Part shown: one piece after another, positions 47,186-60,554 of the stretch
How positions within the stretch are numbered: position 1 is the stretch's first letter
Layout of the letters: each line of letters starts with the position of its first letter
Source of the DNA: Psammoneis japonica
Lineage: Eukaryota
Reading direction: 5' to 3'
NCBI GenBank assembly: GCA_008632985.1
Contig: QPGO01000311.1
Location: 1 to 61,331, forward strand
DNA: 61,331 bases
Program-made: the position numbers and the translations under genes
Notes under the pieces: model-generated
What the model was told of the DNA's origin: nothing
What the model saw: the letters and a program-made list of their open reading frames with translations, nothing else
Databases searched by the model: none

Positions 47186-49819
47186 ATGGACGGAGCAAGA
47201 TTGGATGGATTTCTTGATGGTGGAAATTGACCACTTGGATGAGAAAGGGAGGGGGACTGATCACTGCTTTGCAGAAGAGCCACTGTGCCACAATGCACAA
47301 CGTGATTCTTGAGGGACCAAGCAATTGGGTGATCTCCAAGAATGTCCACAATGTCCACAAGGAAGTGAACAATGAGGACAATGCATGGGAGTGTCTTTGT
47401 GGCAAAGAGGAGGACTTGTCTGTTGACTTGAGCAATGTGAGGAAGAGTGTGGTGAGATGTTTTGACCTCTTGTCCAAGGAGGAGCACCGCCATTGCCTCT
47501 CTCACAAGATGCATGGTGCAAGAAAGGGGGTGGATGAACAAATGAGGATGCTGTTGACACAGATGGGTGGTGCTGACAACAAGGCTGGCAATGGAGTGAG
47601 AAAACAAATGCAACCAAATGCAGCTGATGTTGCTTTCTCATTTGCACTTGATTCTCAGATGTGGGCATGACCATTGATTCTCAAAAAACAATGGCAACAC
47701 TGCTTTTAAAAATGACTGTTTTGAGGGATGCTGATTTTTAAGAATCCACATGTTTGAAATTCCATGCAACAGATCCTCAAAAATGTTGAACAAATGCTGA
47801 CACACTGTCTTGAGTGTTGACCATTGTCTGCCATTGGCAAATGGCCCACTGTTGCCACAAGCAAAAAACCGGTCTGTCCTCCACCTTTTGGCATCTGTGC
47901 AACAGTTGATTTTGTCTCCAAAATCGATTGGTTCTTCACTGTGCAGTGCTTCTTACATCTTCTGACATTGTCAATTGATGTGCTCCTGTGCCTGTGTTCA
48001 CCAGGTTCATGGTTCTAAACACAGTTGCTGCCATCACAAGAAGGGCCTTTTTCACTCCAAGAGGACAGACTGGTTGTCAGTGGAATTCTGCATGGCAATG
48101 TGCTGAGAAATTTACACAGTTTGTTTTTGCATCGGATGTCAAATGCCTCGCCATTGTCTCTCACATGAACGGCATCATGGCAAGTTCATGACACACACTC
48201 CAATCAAACAATGTGGGTGCACAAGCTCTCATTCATTGTTGTTTTGCCTTGTTGCTCGCATTCTGCATGCAGGCATTTGTCACGAATTAGAAATGCACAA
48301 CGTAAAAATCATCCATCAATGAGGACAATTGATGACAAAAAATCTGTGCAAATTCTCAAACCGCAGATCTTTTTAGAAAATGACGATGTGCCATCTTTGG
48401 CCCCCAATTGTGCCATGATGCAACACTCTTTTATCCTGCTGTTTTCACAAACAGATCTTTGTTGACCTTCTGACCGATGCCACAGCAGATGGGTTTTGCA
48501 TGTGAAATGATGGGAAGCCACTCTTAGAGTGGTTTTGTGTGCAGTTTTTTGCTTGTAGAGTCAATCACAAAATGAGACCCGGCACAAACAATTGAGACCT
48601 GCTTGGGGCATTGTGCAAAAATGTGCAGAATTTTCTGTTGGCCAAAAAAAGTCATGAGGTGGTGTTTGAAACAGCACAACAAGAGCACTCCATTGCTGCC
48701 ATTTTTGCCCACCCAGAAAAATTCTTGGCCCTTGCCGAGCACATCTGATCCAGCACTGAAATCACACACATTTCTGCATGGGTCTTAAATCACCACACCT
48801 GCCTGTCAACCTTGGCTTGTTGGACATTTTGGTTCATGCACTGAAACTCAAGAACTCTGCACAGATTTGAAAAAAGGAGAGGATTTTTTTGTGACGAGTT
48901 CAATGAGTTGTTTCATGTCCAGGCTTGATTTCATGAAATGCTGCACAGACATTGTGGCATCTGCACAGACCCAGATCTTAGGTGGGTCTCAGTGTGTGAT
49001 TGACTCTGACCCAGTGGTCCCAGTGGTGCACACAAGAACTCACAATTTTAGAACCTGTTGATGCTGTTCAACACATTTCTTCTTTGTTGTCCAATTCTCA
49101 GCCATTGCAGCAGCATTTGTTTGCTTCATCAGAGCCAATGCACTGTGATGCACAGACACCTGAAATGGGCATTGCAAATGGCACAATGGCGTCATTGCGA
49201 TTGATCAATTTTTGTGGCAAGCACAATGTTGGTCCCATGGTTGCTTGCAAAATTGCTGACTTCTTTGCATGTGCACCCATTTGTGAACATGAACTGAGAG
49301 TGCTCTTGTGAACCAGGGCAGTGATCCGTGGGATGCATTGTTTGGATGTGGCATGTTTGGCCCCACAGGAATGTAATGTGTTGGCTGAGCATGCAAATGT
49401 TTGAGTGATTGTGTGATGACAAACATCATTGGATGCATGACACGTCAATGAGAGATGGATGTCTGAATGCACTTGTCATCAGTTTTGCATTGATTGGTCA
49501 AGTGTCACCGAAAAACTCTACTTCTGACATCATGACGTTTTTTTGCTAAATGGCTCGAAATCTACTCAATCTACTTCTGCTTACCTGAAAACCACTTGTT
49601 AGTCAGAAAACGAGCTCCTGCTGCAAGAAAATCTGGGATGGTCATGCGCGACATCGCGCGAATAAGACTCTATGCAGAACAGGTTCTTCGTGCTTTTTCC
49701 ACCTTTGGGGGTGACGTGCAGACTGCACTAAGATTACCTGTAGAAATCCAGAAGACTTCAGTAAAAAATCTACTTCATTTTTTTCATAAAATGGCCAAAA
49801 TCTACTTTACCCACCCGTC

Positions 49820-51807
<1,988 letters not shown>

Positions 51808-52014
51808 TCATTGAACACACGCATCCTACCTCTGTCCACCAGCGCCACATCCACCACGTCCGGAAGTGCGGTAAGAACCACAGCTGTGCCAAGAGAGTCG
51901 AATGAAGAGTCCTCCGTACAGTGTGTTCCATAATCCGCCGGACTTGGCTACCAACAAGCTGGAATTTTAGAATGATGAATTGTAGAGTAATTACGTGGAC
52001 TGAAACCAACTGGT

Positions 52015-53730
52015 TCAACTACAGTACCGATTCCAAAGAAACTTAAATGTCGCACGCAACCCTTGAGCTTCCCCAATACCCTTTGTCTTGCCCATACCAT
52101 AAACATCCATATGAATCCAAGAAAGCTGCCGTGATGAGTCGCTGGCCTTGTTTCCAACAAATTGTTGCAGATAGAGTGCCGCTGTGATTGCGCCGCCCAA
52201 TCCATTGTCACTGGGAATATTGCGCAGATCCGCCACTTTGCTCTTGGTTATTCGTTCTTGGTATCCGTGCCACAGTGGCAACTGCCACATTGGATCTCTT
52301 GTCTCAATCGCTGCATTTATGAGTTGGTTTGCGAGTTCTGGCTCGTTGGCAAAGAAGGGAACAACTTCGGTTCCCATTGCCACTCGTGCGGCCCCGGTCA
52401 AGGTTGCAAAGTCTACAATCAAATCGGGGTTTTCAGCGCTTGCCAATTCCAAAGCATCTCCCAAAATCAATCGTCCTTCCGCATCTGTGTTGCCAACCTC
52501 TGTGGTTCTGCCAGAGACAGACGTCAATATATCGCCGGGTCGAAAGCTGGCACTGCCCATGGCGTTTTCTACTACCGGAATCCATACATCCATGACGAGA
52601 GGAGCCTCCATTTCCATCAAGCACGCCGCAAGTCCAAGCGCATGAGCCGCTCCACCCATGTCCTTTTTCATGTACAGCATGGAAGCACCTGGTTTTAGAT
52701 TTAAGCCACCCGTGTCAAAGGTAACGCCCTTGCCCACAATTGCAACGCGAGACGTGGCGTTTGGAGGTTGGTACGAGATTTTGATTAAACGCGGTTCATG
52801 GGCTGGTCTAGTACCAGCCGCTTCACCAACAGCATAAATCATACCACAACCATGGCCATCAGGAATGGATCCATTATACGACAAGAGATCCTTTCCTATA
52901 ATTGTTTCCATCTCTGCGTGATCATGAGTTTCCACCAAGCCTTCAGCACACTGTTGCATCGATTCGGGTGTCAAGTCCATGGCAGGCGTCGATATCAAAT
53001 CTCTCACAAGATACATCGCCCTTGCCAATGCTAGTGTTTCGCTTCTACCGGATGACTCTGGAAACAATAGACTGGCACAGTCTTGCTTTTCTTTGGTAGA
53101 ATCTGTCTTGTATCGCGTGAACTTGTAAGATTCCAACAGATACGACAACACCGCTTCTTCTAATTCGACTGGAGAGTCTTTTGGTAGAAAGAGCTTGTAG
53201 GTCTCATTGTTATTCCACTTGATCACTGTATTCGCCAGCAACGACATGCTGTTGCACGTTGATTTCAGACCTTGTGTATCTTCGTCCTCATGCTGAATTC
53301 GAACAAGAATAATCTTGTCTGCCGAGGCGTCTTCAATCCCAACGTGTTTTCTGAGCAACGATAAATTTATTGTAGGTGGAAGATGAATCACACCCTCTTG
53401 TTTCTTTAGCCATTCAACGAAATTGCCATCCTTAAGTTTTGAAAGAAGCGCATCCCATTGAGATGAAACCAACGGAACAACGACTCCTCCAACAAATCGT
53501 GATGTATCAGCTAGACGATGTTGCCACCGATTACGCTCCCGAATAAAATCATATGCATTGGTAGTGTCAGAATGTACAAAACGTTTCGTGACTTGTCGTT
53601 TCTGACCCAGGTGAGAAGAAAAAGATGTGGCTGAAGAAGCAACGCCGCGATGTTGTGGAATCAGCTTCAGCTCCTGTCGAGAAGCGATCAATCCAACAAA
53701 GGCTTGTCGCTCCAACAACGATCTGATCAT
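52015..53730 (-). CDS. Leucyl aminopeptidase, peptidase family M17, with an N-terminal transit-like peptide
   Basis: VGKGVTFDTGGLNLKP, MKKDMGGAA, NTDAEGRLIL, DFATLTGA and WIHMD. Confidence 0.96.
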   Translation of the reverse strand: MIRSLLERQAFVGLIASRQELKLIPQHRGVASSATSFSSHLGQKRQVTKRFVHSDTTNAYDFIRERNRWQHRLADTSRFVGGVVVPLVSSQWDALLSKLKDGNFVEWLKKQEGVIHLPPTINLSLLRKHVGIEDASADKIILVRIQHEDEDTQGLKSTCNSMSLLANTVIKWNNNETYKLFLPKDSPVELEEAVLSYLLESYKFTRYKTDSTKEKQDCASLLFPESSGRSETLALARAMYLVRDLISTPAMDLTPESMQQCAEGLVETHDHAEMETIIGKDLLSYNGSIPDGHGCGMIYAVGEAAGTRPAHEPRLIKISYQPPNATSRVAIVGKGVTFDTGGLNLKPGASMLYMKKDMGGAAHALGLAACLMEMEAPLVMDVWIPVVENAMGSASFRPGDILTSVSGRTTEVGNTDAEGRLILGDALELASAENPDLIVDFATLTGAARVAMGTEVVPFFANEPELANQLINAAIETRDPMWQLPLWHGYQERITKSKVADLRNIPSDNGLGGAITAALYLQQFVGNKASDSSRQLSWIHMDVYGMGKTKGIGEAQGLRATFKFLWNRYCS

Positions 53731-53959
53731 TTTACAAGAATTTCAAGGCAGTGTGATACAGACAGTAACCAGAAGAATCGTGTTGAGCGTCCTTTTCCAA
53801 GAACAGCAGCTACTAGTCTATGGTAGAGAGAGTGTGTGTGTGTATGAGGTCAAAAGGTACAATGTCATACAAAGATCGCGTTGCTGTTGCTCATGGGCCG
53901 TAGACCGCAGTACCAGTTCTACGTTGAGTGGACTGAGTGGATCAAAGATTTTCAGTGGC

Positions 53960-55050
53960 GACCATTTTACCGGTGTCAACATGTCGAGCATCACAAGGCT
54001 AGGCAGGAAAGAGGTGTTGAAGTGTCTCAAGCACAAGCGGGGGAAGCAGGTCTCTTGGGAGGTCAAACTGCACCTCACACCAACATGTGTCCCCGAAGAA
54101 GATGTCATCAGATTTCCTCTGAACCACAAGTTGGAGGGTGTCAGATTTTAAATTGTGACATCTGCGGACATGATGGTGTGAGATTGTGCAGTTTGACTGT
54201 CGCAAGAATCGATGTCCCCTCTTGATGATGTTTCGATGCATGCATGGTTTGCTGGTCTTGCAAAGAGATGTCATCATCATCCAGCTTCTAGCCTGTTCCA
54301 GCTCCAGGTGATGCACACAGGCTCGACTCCCATCGCTGGCCCATTTTTGCATTCAGCACAACAAACTCCTTCAAAATCAGGTTTTTGCCAAATCAAAGGG
54401 TGAGTGCACACTTTGCATGTGTTTTCTGGTGTGCACTCACCTTTCGACGTTCGAAAAGATCAAAATTGAAGAAGTTCGCTGCGCTGAACTGGCGCAGATG
54501 ATCGGCCTCTCGCATGATGGATTTCTCATCACCTGGGGCTGGAACAGGCCTTCTCCAAGTTGCGCTTTGTGTCAAGTCCCGGGAAAATCCGCTCATGAGC
54601 GGAAATTTCGTCGCCAGCTTTGGCTGCGGATGAGTGTGGTGGTTGTGCAGAAAACGAGGAAAGCTCTTGGAATTTTGGAGAAATTGTCCAAATCAAATTG
54701 ACAATGAGCAAAGTGAGCTCCAAGTTGGGTGTTGTTTGTGAAATGGGGGGTGAGGCAATGGCTGCCTCGTGAAGGTTCTGACTGCTGGGTGCTCCCAAGC
54801 AAGGCTGCCGGGGTTCACGGCAGCAAGCAGATGGCGCTCCACCCTCAGCAGCGGCGCTTGGTGTGATGCACAACAAATTCAAGACACGCTCTAGCCTGGG
54901 GTGTGGGGCTGCGGGGCGTGTTACACTCGGAGCGCGGTAAATTTGCCAGCCAATGAACACATGAATGATCGCCAAAGGCCTCAGTTGAAGCACGCGCACA
55001 TCATTTTGACTTTGGTCCTTCATAATCGGACAACACAACATGCTGTCAAA
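53960..55050. other. TpA-depleted domain 7
   Basis: Few TA between the M17 peptidase and SERF genes; contains a MITE. Confidence 0.8.
54290..54550. mobile_element. Non-autonomous derivative (MITE) of the transposon at 1-3021
   Basis: TIR (A)GCCTGTTCCAGCTCCAGGTGATG / CATCACCTGGGGCTGGAACAGGCC with a 4-bp flanking duplication TTCT; the interior aligns with the reverse complement of ~2830-3021. Confidence 0.88.
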
Positions 55051-55370
55051 AACAGTCCTACGTACACCGTCCTACATACATGTATGTATGCCGGTGTGAA
55101 TGCGCACGTCATACAACATAGATAAATACAGAAAATACACACATTTTTATGCATGGATGTAAGTATGATCACACTCCGACAGGCAGGCAAGTTTCCCGCC
55201 ACATCATCGCAACGCACAACGCACCGAGTTGAGAGCGAAAGCAATGCCGAAACTCCAAAGAAGTCGGCGACATTTTCAACGCACTTCTTCCACCTTAAAG
55301 CTCAAAAGGCATTCGCGTCGCTGCCCCTTTCTCTATCTAAAAAACTCTCTCTGTGAATCTATATTCTACA

Positions 55371-55763
55371 ATGTCACGAGGTGATAAACGTGAACGTGAT
55401 CGTGCCAAGAATCTTGCGAAACAACAAGCAAGAGCAAAGAGTCAAGCAAAGGTAGGTATTGTTGTGGATGATTTTGCCGTGCCCCCAGCATTGGTGTGCA
55501 AAGTCCTACCTGTTGCTTACATATTTTTTCGTCAACATCTCTACCGTACACAGGAAGGAACTCCAGCACAACGCAATGCAAACGACAGTGCAGCCTTGGC
55601 GGCCAAGATTGCCAAGAAACAAGCCATGAAGGCAGAACAAGAAGCTTCCCAACAAAATCAATCCAAAGGACCCGTGCCCATGAAGAAGAAAAAGAAAGAC
55701 AAGGATCCTGGTCTGGATGACTTGCTCGATGCTGGTCTGTCGGCTTCAAGAAAGAAAAAATAA
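55371..55763 (+). CDS. SERF / 4F5-like small basic protein; intron 55452-55553
   Basis: MSRGDKRERDRAKNLAKQ matches the SERF N-terminus (MxRGNQRExxRxKNxKK); GTAGGT...CACAG intron. Confidence 0.8.
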   Translation: MSRGDKRERDRAKNLAKQQARAKSQAKVGIVVDDFAVPPALVCKVLPVAYIFFRQHLYRTQEGTPAQRNANDSAALAAKIAKKQAMKAEQEASQQNQSKGPVPMKKKKKDKDPGLDDLLDAGLSASRKKK

Positions 55764-56860
55764 AAAGGCGCTGTTTGTGTACACGACGAGGCGAGGAAAT
55801 GTAGTTGTTCTTTATTGTGGAGATATATGGTGATATGTACTTATTATTCTCGACAAGAAGAACGCTTTTGGAGAAATGGTGCAATGCCTCGTTTCAGTGT
55901 AACTTTATTTGTGTCTCTGTATTTTTTATAGCTTAGAGGGAAACGCTATGAATGGTCTTGGGCGAAAACGGGACCGGCGTGTTTTATTACTTAAAAAAAA
56001 ACGATAGCATTGACGATCCTTTGATTCTGGGTTTAGTCCTTGCAGTGATTTGGCGTTTCGGGCAAACAAAAGGAGTAGCATCTTTGCTCAGGAAGTAGAG
56101 TGGAGTGCGTCAACTGGTCTATCCGGTAATACGATGCCTCTTCTTTATCGCAGTTGTCTTACGCCACAGGGAGAGAGTCAATTGTGTTGCTGGAACAATC
56201 TCTAGTACCATTCGCACATTCTGAACTCCGAGTGATCCCATCTTCACGCAACTTGTAGCTATGAGCAATACCTCGACGGCCAGCTACAGGTAGAGAAACT
56301 ATGAAAGGCAACTATGGAATCACTCATATTCAACATCCATGTTGCCTCGCTGGAGTAATTCTCTAGAGTGCGATTCCCTACTCTAGACTCTAACTCATTT
56401 TCTGCCGGTATTTAAGCCTACTGTTTCACGCGGCTCTCAACACCATAACTAAGGTACTCGTAAGCTACAGACACGTTGTGAGTGCTACCTCTAGAGGAGT
56501 CTCGAGATTGTGTCTCTATTTCCATGATAAGTTTCATTGCTACGTACTTACGTCGTAGTATTACTTATGCCATAATGGATTTTATCTCTAGCTAGTAGTA
56601 CAACTTTCCCGGAACTCTGAAATAGAGCCTATGCCCTACGAGTTCAGGCGCTCGATCTTACAGTACAATGAATAAGGTATGTTATGAAACTAGGGCTACT
56701 ATTGAGAGAACTCTAAGTCACAAATAATCGACATAAGAATCCACTAGAGTAGAAGAATTAGATGCGATTGTCTAGTTACTGTCAAAAGTACAGCGCAAGC
56801 GATGAAATATAATGTATCAATCACTGCGACAAACCATACACCCTGAATCAAATTAATAAT

Positions 56861-57385
56861 CTAAAAGCGCTTGACTTGACTGCGTGCTGTACGGTGTGCC
56901 TGCGCTTCATCCTCCTCATGCTCTTCATGGAGAATCTTATCCATTGTCTGTCCCGCTCCTGCTCCAACGTTCTCCACCTTTTGCAACTCTGCCGCCATTT
57001 GAAAGTCCGCCACTTCCTGAGGCCCCGCGCCCTTGAGAGAGGCGGTACCCACCGGAGCATGATATCCGCCCGTTGCCTTGAGAGCGTCCTTATCCGACGG
57101 CTTGCTCATCATACCGTGGTCCTTATCACGGACTGCCGCGAGACGAGTATGCGTACACGACCTGGTGGTACGGTTGATATTGGCAGCCACGGCAGCCTCG
57201 TGTTTCTTCTTGTGGGCATTGTACACGGCCGCGTTCTCCTCCTGCTGCAGAGCAATCGCCAACCGCATATCACGGTCTTCCTGAGACAAGTTCGGATCGT
57301 CCACGACAAAGCCGGGGCCGCTGCTTTTGCCAGAACCATCGCCCATGTGGACGTAGTCCGTATCGATCTTACTTTCTTCGCTCAT
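56861..57385 (-). CDS. Uncharacterised small protein with UIM-like helices
   Basis: Intact, codon-biased ORF; EDRDMRLAIALQQEE and ADFQMAAELQKVE. Confidence 0.65.
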   Translation of the reverse strand: MSEESKIDTDYVHMGDGSGKSSGPGFVVDDPNLSQEDRDMRLAIALQQEENAAVYNAHKKKHEAAVAANINRTTRSCTHTRLAAVRDKDHGMMSKPSDKDALKATGGYHAPVGTASLKGAGPQEVADFQMAAELQKVENVGAGAGQTMDKILHEEHEEDEAQAHRTARSQVKRF

Positions 57386-58046
57386 CGTCAAGAGTCTTTT
57401 TTCTTTCTGCAAAAGAGCGTTGTGCGTGAGCGAAAAGTGTGTGAGATTTCCAGCGAAAGCCGAAACGCATTGCTCTTTTGAACGAAAAAGCCGTTAAATA
57501 AATTATATATTCAATGAATAAAAAGAGTAAAATTGATCGTAATGATTGTATACACAGATCATACAAATTGGAAGAACAACTCGGCTCGTCCGACATGCCT
57601 CCACGATGCTCTTCGATCGACCGTTCAATCACCATGGTGCAACGACGACGAACAAAACGGAAACTCGGCCAATTTATTCCATTTTCGATCTCTTTGTTAT
57701 AATGCTGCGATATTGTAGTAGAGACACGCACGGTTGAACTGAGCCTGTGGAACAATGAACGCCATCGTCACTCACCGTCAACGTTTGATGCGCGAGACAC
57801 CGTTAAATCTTTACTGCCGTAGGATTCCTACGTGTTAATATACCAAGCAAAGGTGGCTTTCTTTTATTCATGTTCATAAATATTGCATTTAATCACATAA
57901 ACGGATAAATCATCCGATCATACGTCTATGTATAGGTCCATAAAATGTGCTAAGTCGACAGAGAGATCAAAGATGATTGGGAGCTCGCACCAAGGCTCGC
58001 ACCGACTTCATCCCCTCATTTTTTTTTGTTTTTCCGACAGTCCACC

Positions 58047-59615
58047 ATGGTCGACATTCAACCAACCACCACGAGACCACGGGCAGCGTACCAACGACGA
58101 TACCACTACAATAGAAACAAGAGGCTTATTCTTCTTTTAGTTTTGTCTTTGACTGGCCATGTTTCATCATTTGCACACGCATCATTCATTGCGAGTCCAT
58201 CGTCCATACCCACTAAGCACCATAAGCATATCCAACAACTTTTAAGTCTCAAGAAGCGAAGACTACAGCCACAAAAAAAGGAGATTCATCCACGACATCA
58301 CTCTTACCATACATCTCCATGTCGACTCAGCATGATGCTTCCAAAATTCCTCCTTCCAGCATCAGTCTGTGCTTCCAAAAACACCGCTTCGGCTGCCTTC
58401 ACATTGTTGGGATCGGCAGCGACTGGGTATTTTTGCGACGCACAATTGTTTCAAAACGGCAGTGGTATTCTCGTGACGCTTTTACTGGCATCCATCCTGT
58501 CAAACCTTGGCTTGGCTCCGTCCAATCATGGTTTGTACGATGCTTGTTGGACTACGTTTCTACCGGCATCGTTGGCTTTGCTACTACTATCAAACAAGAC
58601 AGCCAACAAGAAAACAAATAGCCAACAAAAAGAAGTAGACGGCGAAACTACAATACAAGAAATTCAAAGGGTCGCGGGTCCATTTTGGATGGGTTCCTTG
58701 GGCTCTATTTTAGGATGTTGTGCTGCGTTTGCTACCGTCAAGTTGCCGGAGGCCGCCATGGCTGCCGGATGTCTTTGTGCGTCCTACATTGGAGGTTCGG
58801 TCAACTTCTTTGCCACTGCCAATATAGTACAAAGTAGTGGTGCATCCGGTAACAGCATTTTGTTGAGCTCCATGGCTGCTGCCGATCTGGTCGTCATGGC
58901 TCTTTACTTTTTATTCCTAACGGGGTGTATGAACTCGGATACCTTGAATGGATGGTTTGCAAAACAAGATCGCAGTGCGGCAGAGAACCAGAACGTCCAA
59001 GATGGATTACAAGCAAAGGGCGACAACCGATGCATGACAACGCGACAAATGGTCTCTGCTGTGTCGTTTGCCGGAGTTTTGGCACTGGCAATTGTCGAAA
59101 TTGCCAAGCGATTGGAAAACACGGTTGCGGCTATTGTTCCCGGTACAGCCTGCGCCGTCATTGCGGTATTGTCCGTCGTCGTGCAACAATTCATGCCACA
59201 CGAAAACGTCTCTTGGCAAAATGTACAACGCGTGGCGGAACCCATGTCGGAGTTTTCCTTTCATTTGCTCTTTGCCGCCATTGGAACTTGTGCGAATCTG
59301 GTTGAATCGCTCAAGTACGGACCGGCTTGTCTGGTGTTTAGCTTGCTTGCGCTACTGGTACATGTTGGGTTTATATTTACTGGGTCTTTTGTTTTGAGTC
59401 GACTGATGCGCATCAAAATACAAATGAAACACGTCTTGGTCGCGAGCAATGCAGCCATTGGAGGACCTGCCACGGCTGCAACCTTTGCCGGAAGGTTCAA
59501 ACAAGAGGGGGGACGTGGGCTCGTCATGGCTGCGACTACGTGGGGTGTCGTTGGATACGCTGTAGGGACATCCATTGGTGTCACTCTGACTCGTGTATTA
59601 CAAGGAGCCATTTAG
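58047..59615 (+). CDS. DUF819-family membrane protein, probably organelle-targeted
   Basis: ASYIGGSVNFFA, VASNAAIGGPATAA and GVVGYAVGT, with multiple transmembrane segments. Confidence 0.88.
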   Translation: MVDIQPTTTRPRAAYQRRYHYNRNKRLILLLVLSLTGHVSSFAHASFIASPSSIPTKHHKHIQQLLSLKKRRLQPQKKEIHPRHHSYHTSPCRLSMMLPKFLLPASVCASKNTASAAFTLLGSAATGYFCDAQLFQNGSGILVTLLLASILSNLGLAPSNHGLYDACWTTFLPASLALLLLSNKTANKKTNSQQKEVDGETTIQEIQRVAGPFWMGSLGSILGCCAAFATVKLPEAAMAAGCLCASYIGGSVNFFATANIVQSSGASGNSILLSSMAAADLVVMALYFLFLTGCMNSDTLNGWFAKQDRSAAENQNVQDGLQAKGDNRCMTTRQMVSAVSFAGVLALAIVEIAKRLENTVAAIVPGTACAVIAVLSVVVQQFMPHENVSWQNVQRVAEPMSEFSFHLLFAAIGTCANLVESLKYGPACLVFSLLALLVHVGFIFTGSFVLSRLMRIKIQMKHVLVASNAAIGGPATAATFAGRFKQEGGRGLVMAATTWGVVGYAVGTSIGVTLTRVLQGAI

Positions 59616-60554
59616 TGTAGAGTTTGGACGCTTCTTCACGTCTAGCCGCGGTGGGGAACCCGAACCTTGATCTCAACTTGACACTGTTTCGCTTCAAGTA
59701 GAGCAAAATGCTCCTTTTTTTTTTCAATCCAAAGGATTGCCAATCCTTGGACACTTGCTCGATACTGCACGCAAATGGAGAAAACCATCTGTCGAGTGAA
59801 CATAGAGGACATGTCCCCAGTCATCCTTCCTCCTCAAACGGATTCCAACACGACTAGAGGAGCTCGAGCCAGAAACGATAACCCAAAGAAAGGTATCTCT
59901 AGTTGTTGCAATTGTTATTGTCTAGCACTCTCACTATCTAACTTGGCTCGAATACACAAGTTCGGCTTCAAGTTCTTTTTAACTCGAGATAGTCGTAAAG
60001 CCGGAGCTTATCATCTTTTCCGCGTACACTCGATGCTGTGATCACTCCACGAGACTTGGTTCTGTTACTGGTTTCTCATGTCCGTGACAAAGGCGGATAT
60101 GCCTTTTACCAGCTCGAACAAAACCCTTGTACCAGACGTGGGTCCAGAACCAATCGAGTACTTTCTCGTATGGAAGCAACTGAATAAAGCAAGGACTTGT
60201 TTCCTTATAACTGGCTGGTAACACCAAGAGAAAAACTAAAAGTGGTGTAGACACTGTTGTTTATGAAACTCTGTTTTTGTTACTGTTAATATTTTGATGT
60301 AACTCGAGAATCTTTGATCGCATCCTTGCTCCACAAGGAGTGTTTCCGAGGTTATACGTAAGCCGATATGCATTTAGATTTCAATTCGTAGTGCGTCGTT
60401 GGGAATACTTTTTTGCGTTGTACACTACAGCATGTAGTTTTCGTGTACGAGTAGCTGCGGATATAATGGTGTCATGTAGACATGAATGTTTTTCTCCTTG
60501 GTCACGGACTTGCTCATGGGACTCTGGTGTGCTGGTTGTCTTTTGAGGATATTG

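Noticed and set aside
52162..52698. Antisense ORFs over the M17 peptidase (and similar ones over other genes)
   Set aside because: Shadow ORFs of real coding sequence with no independent motifs.
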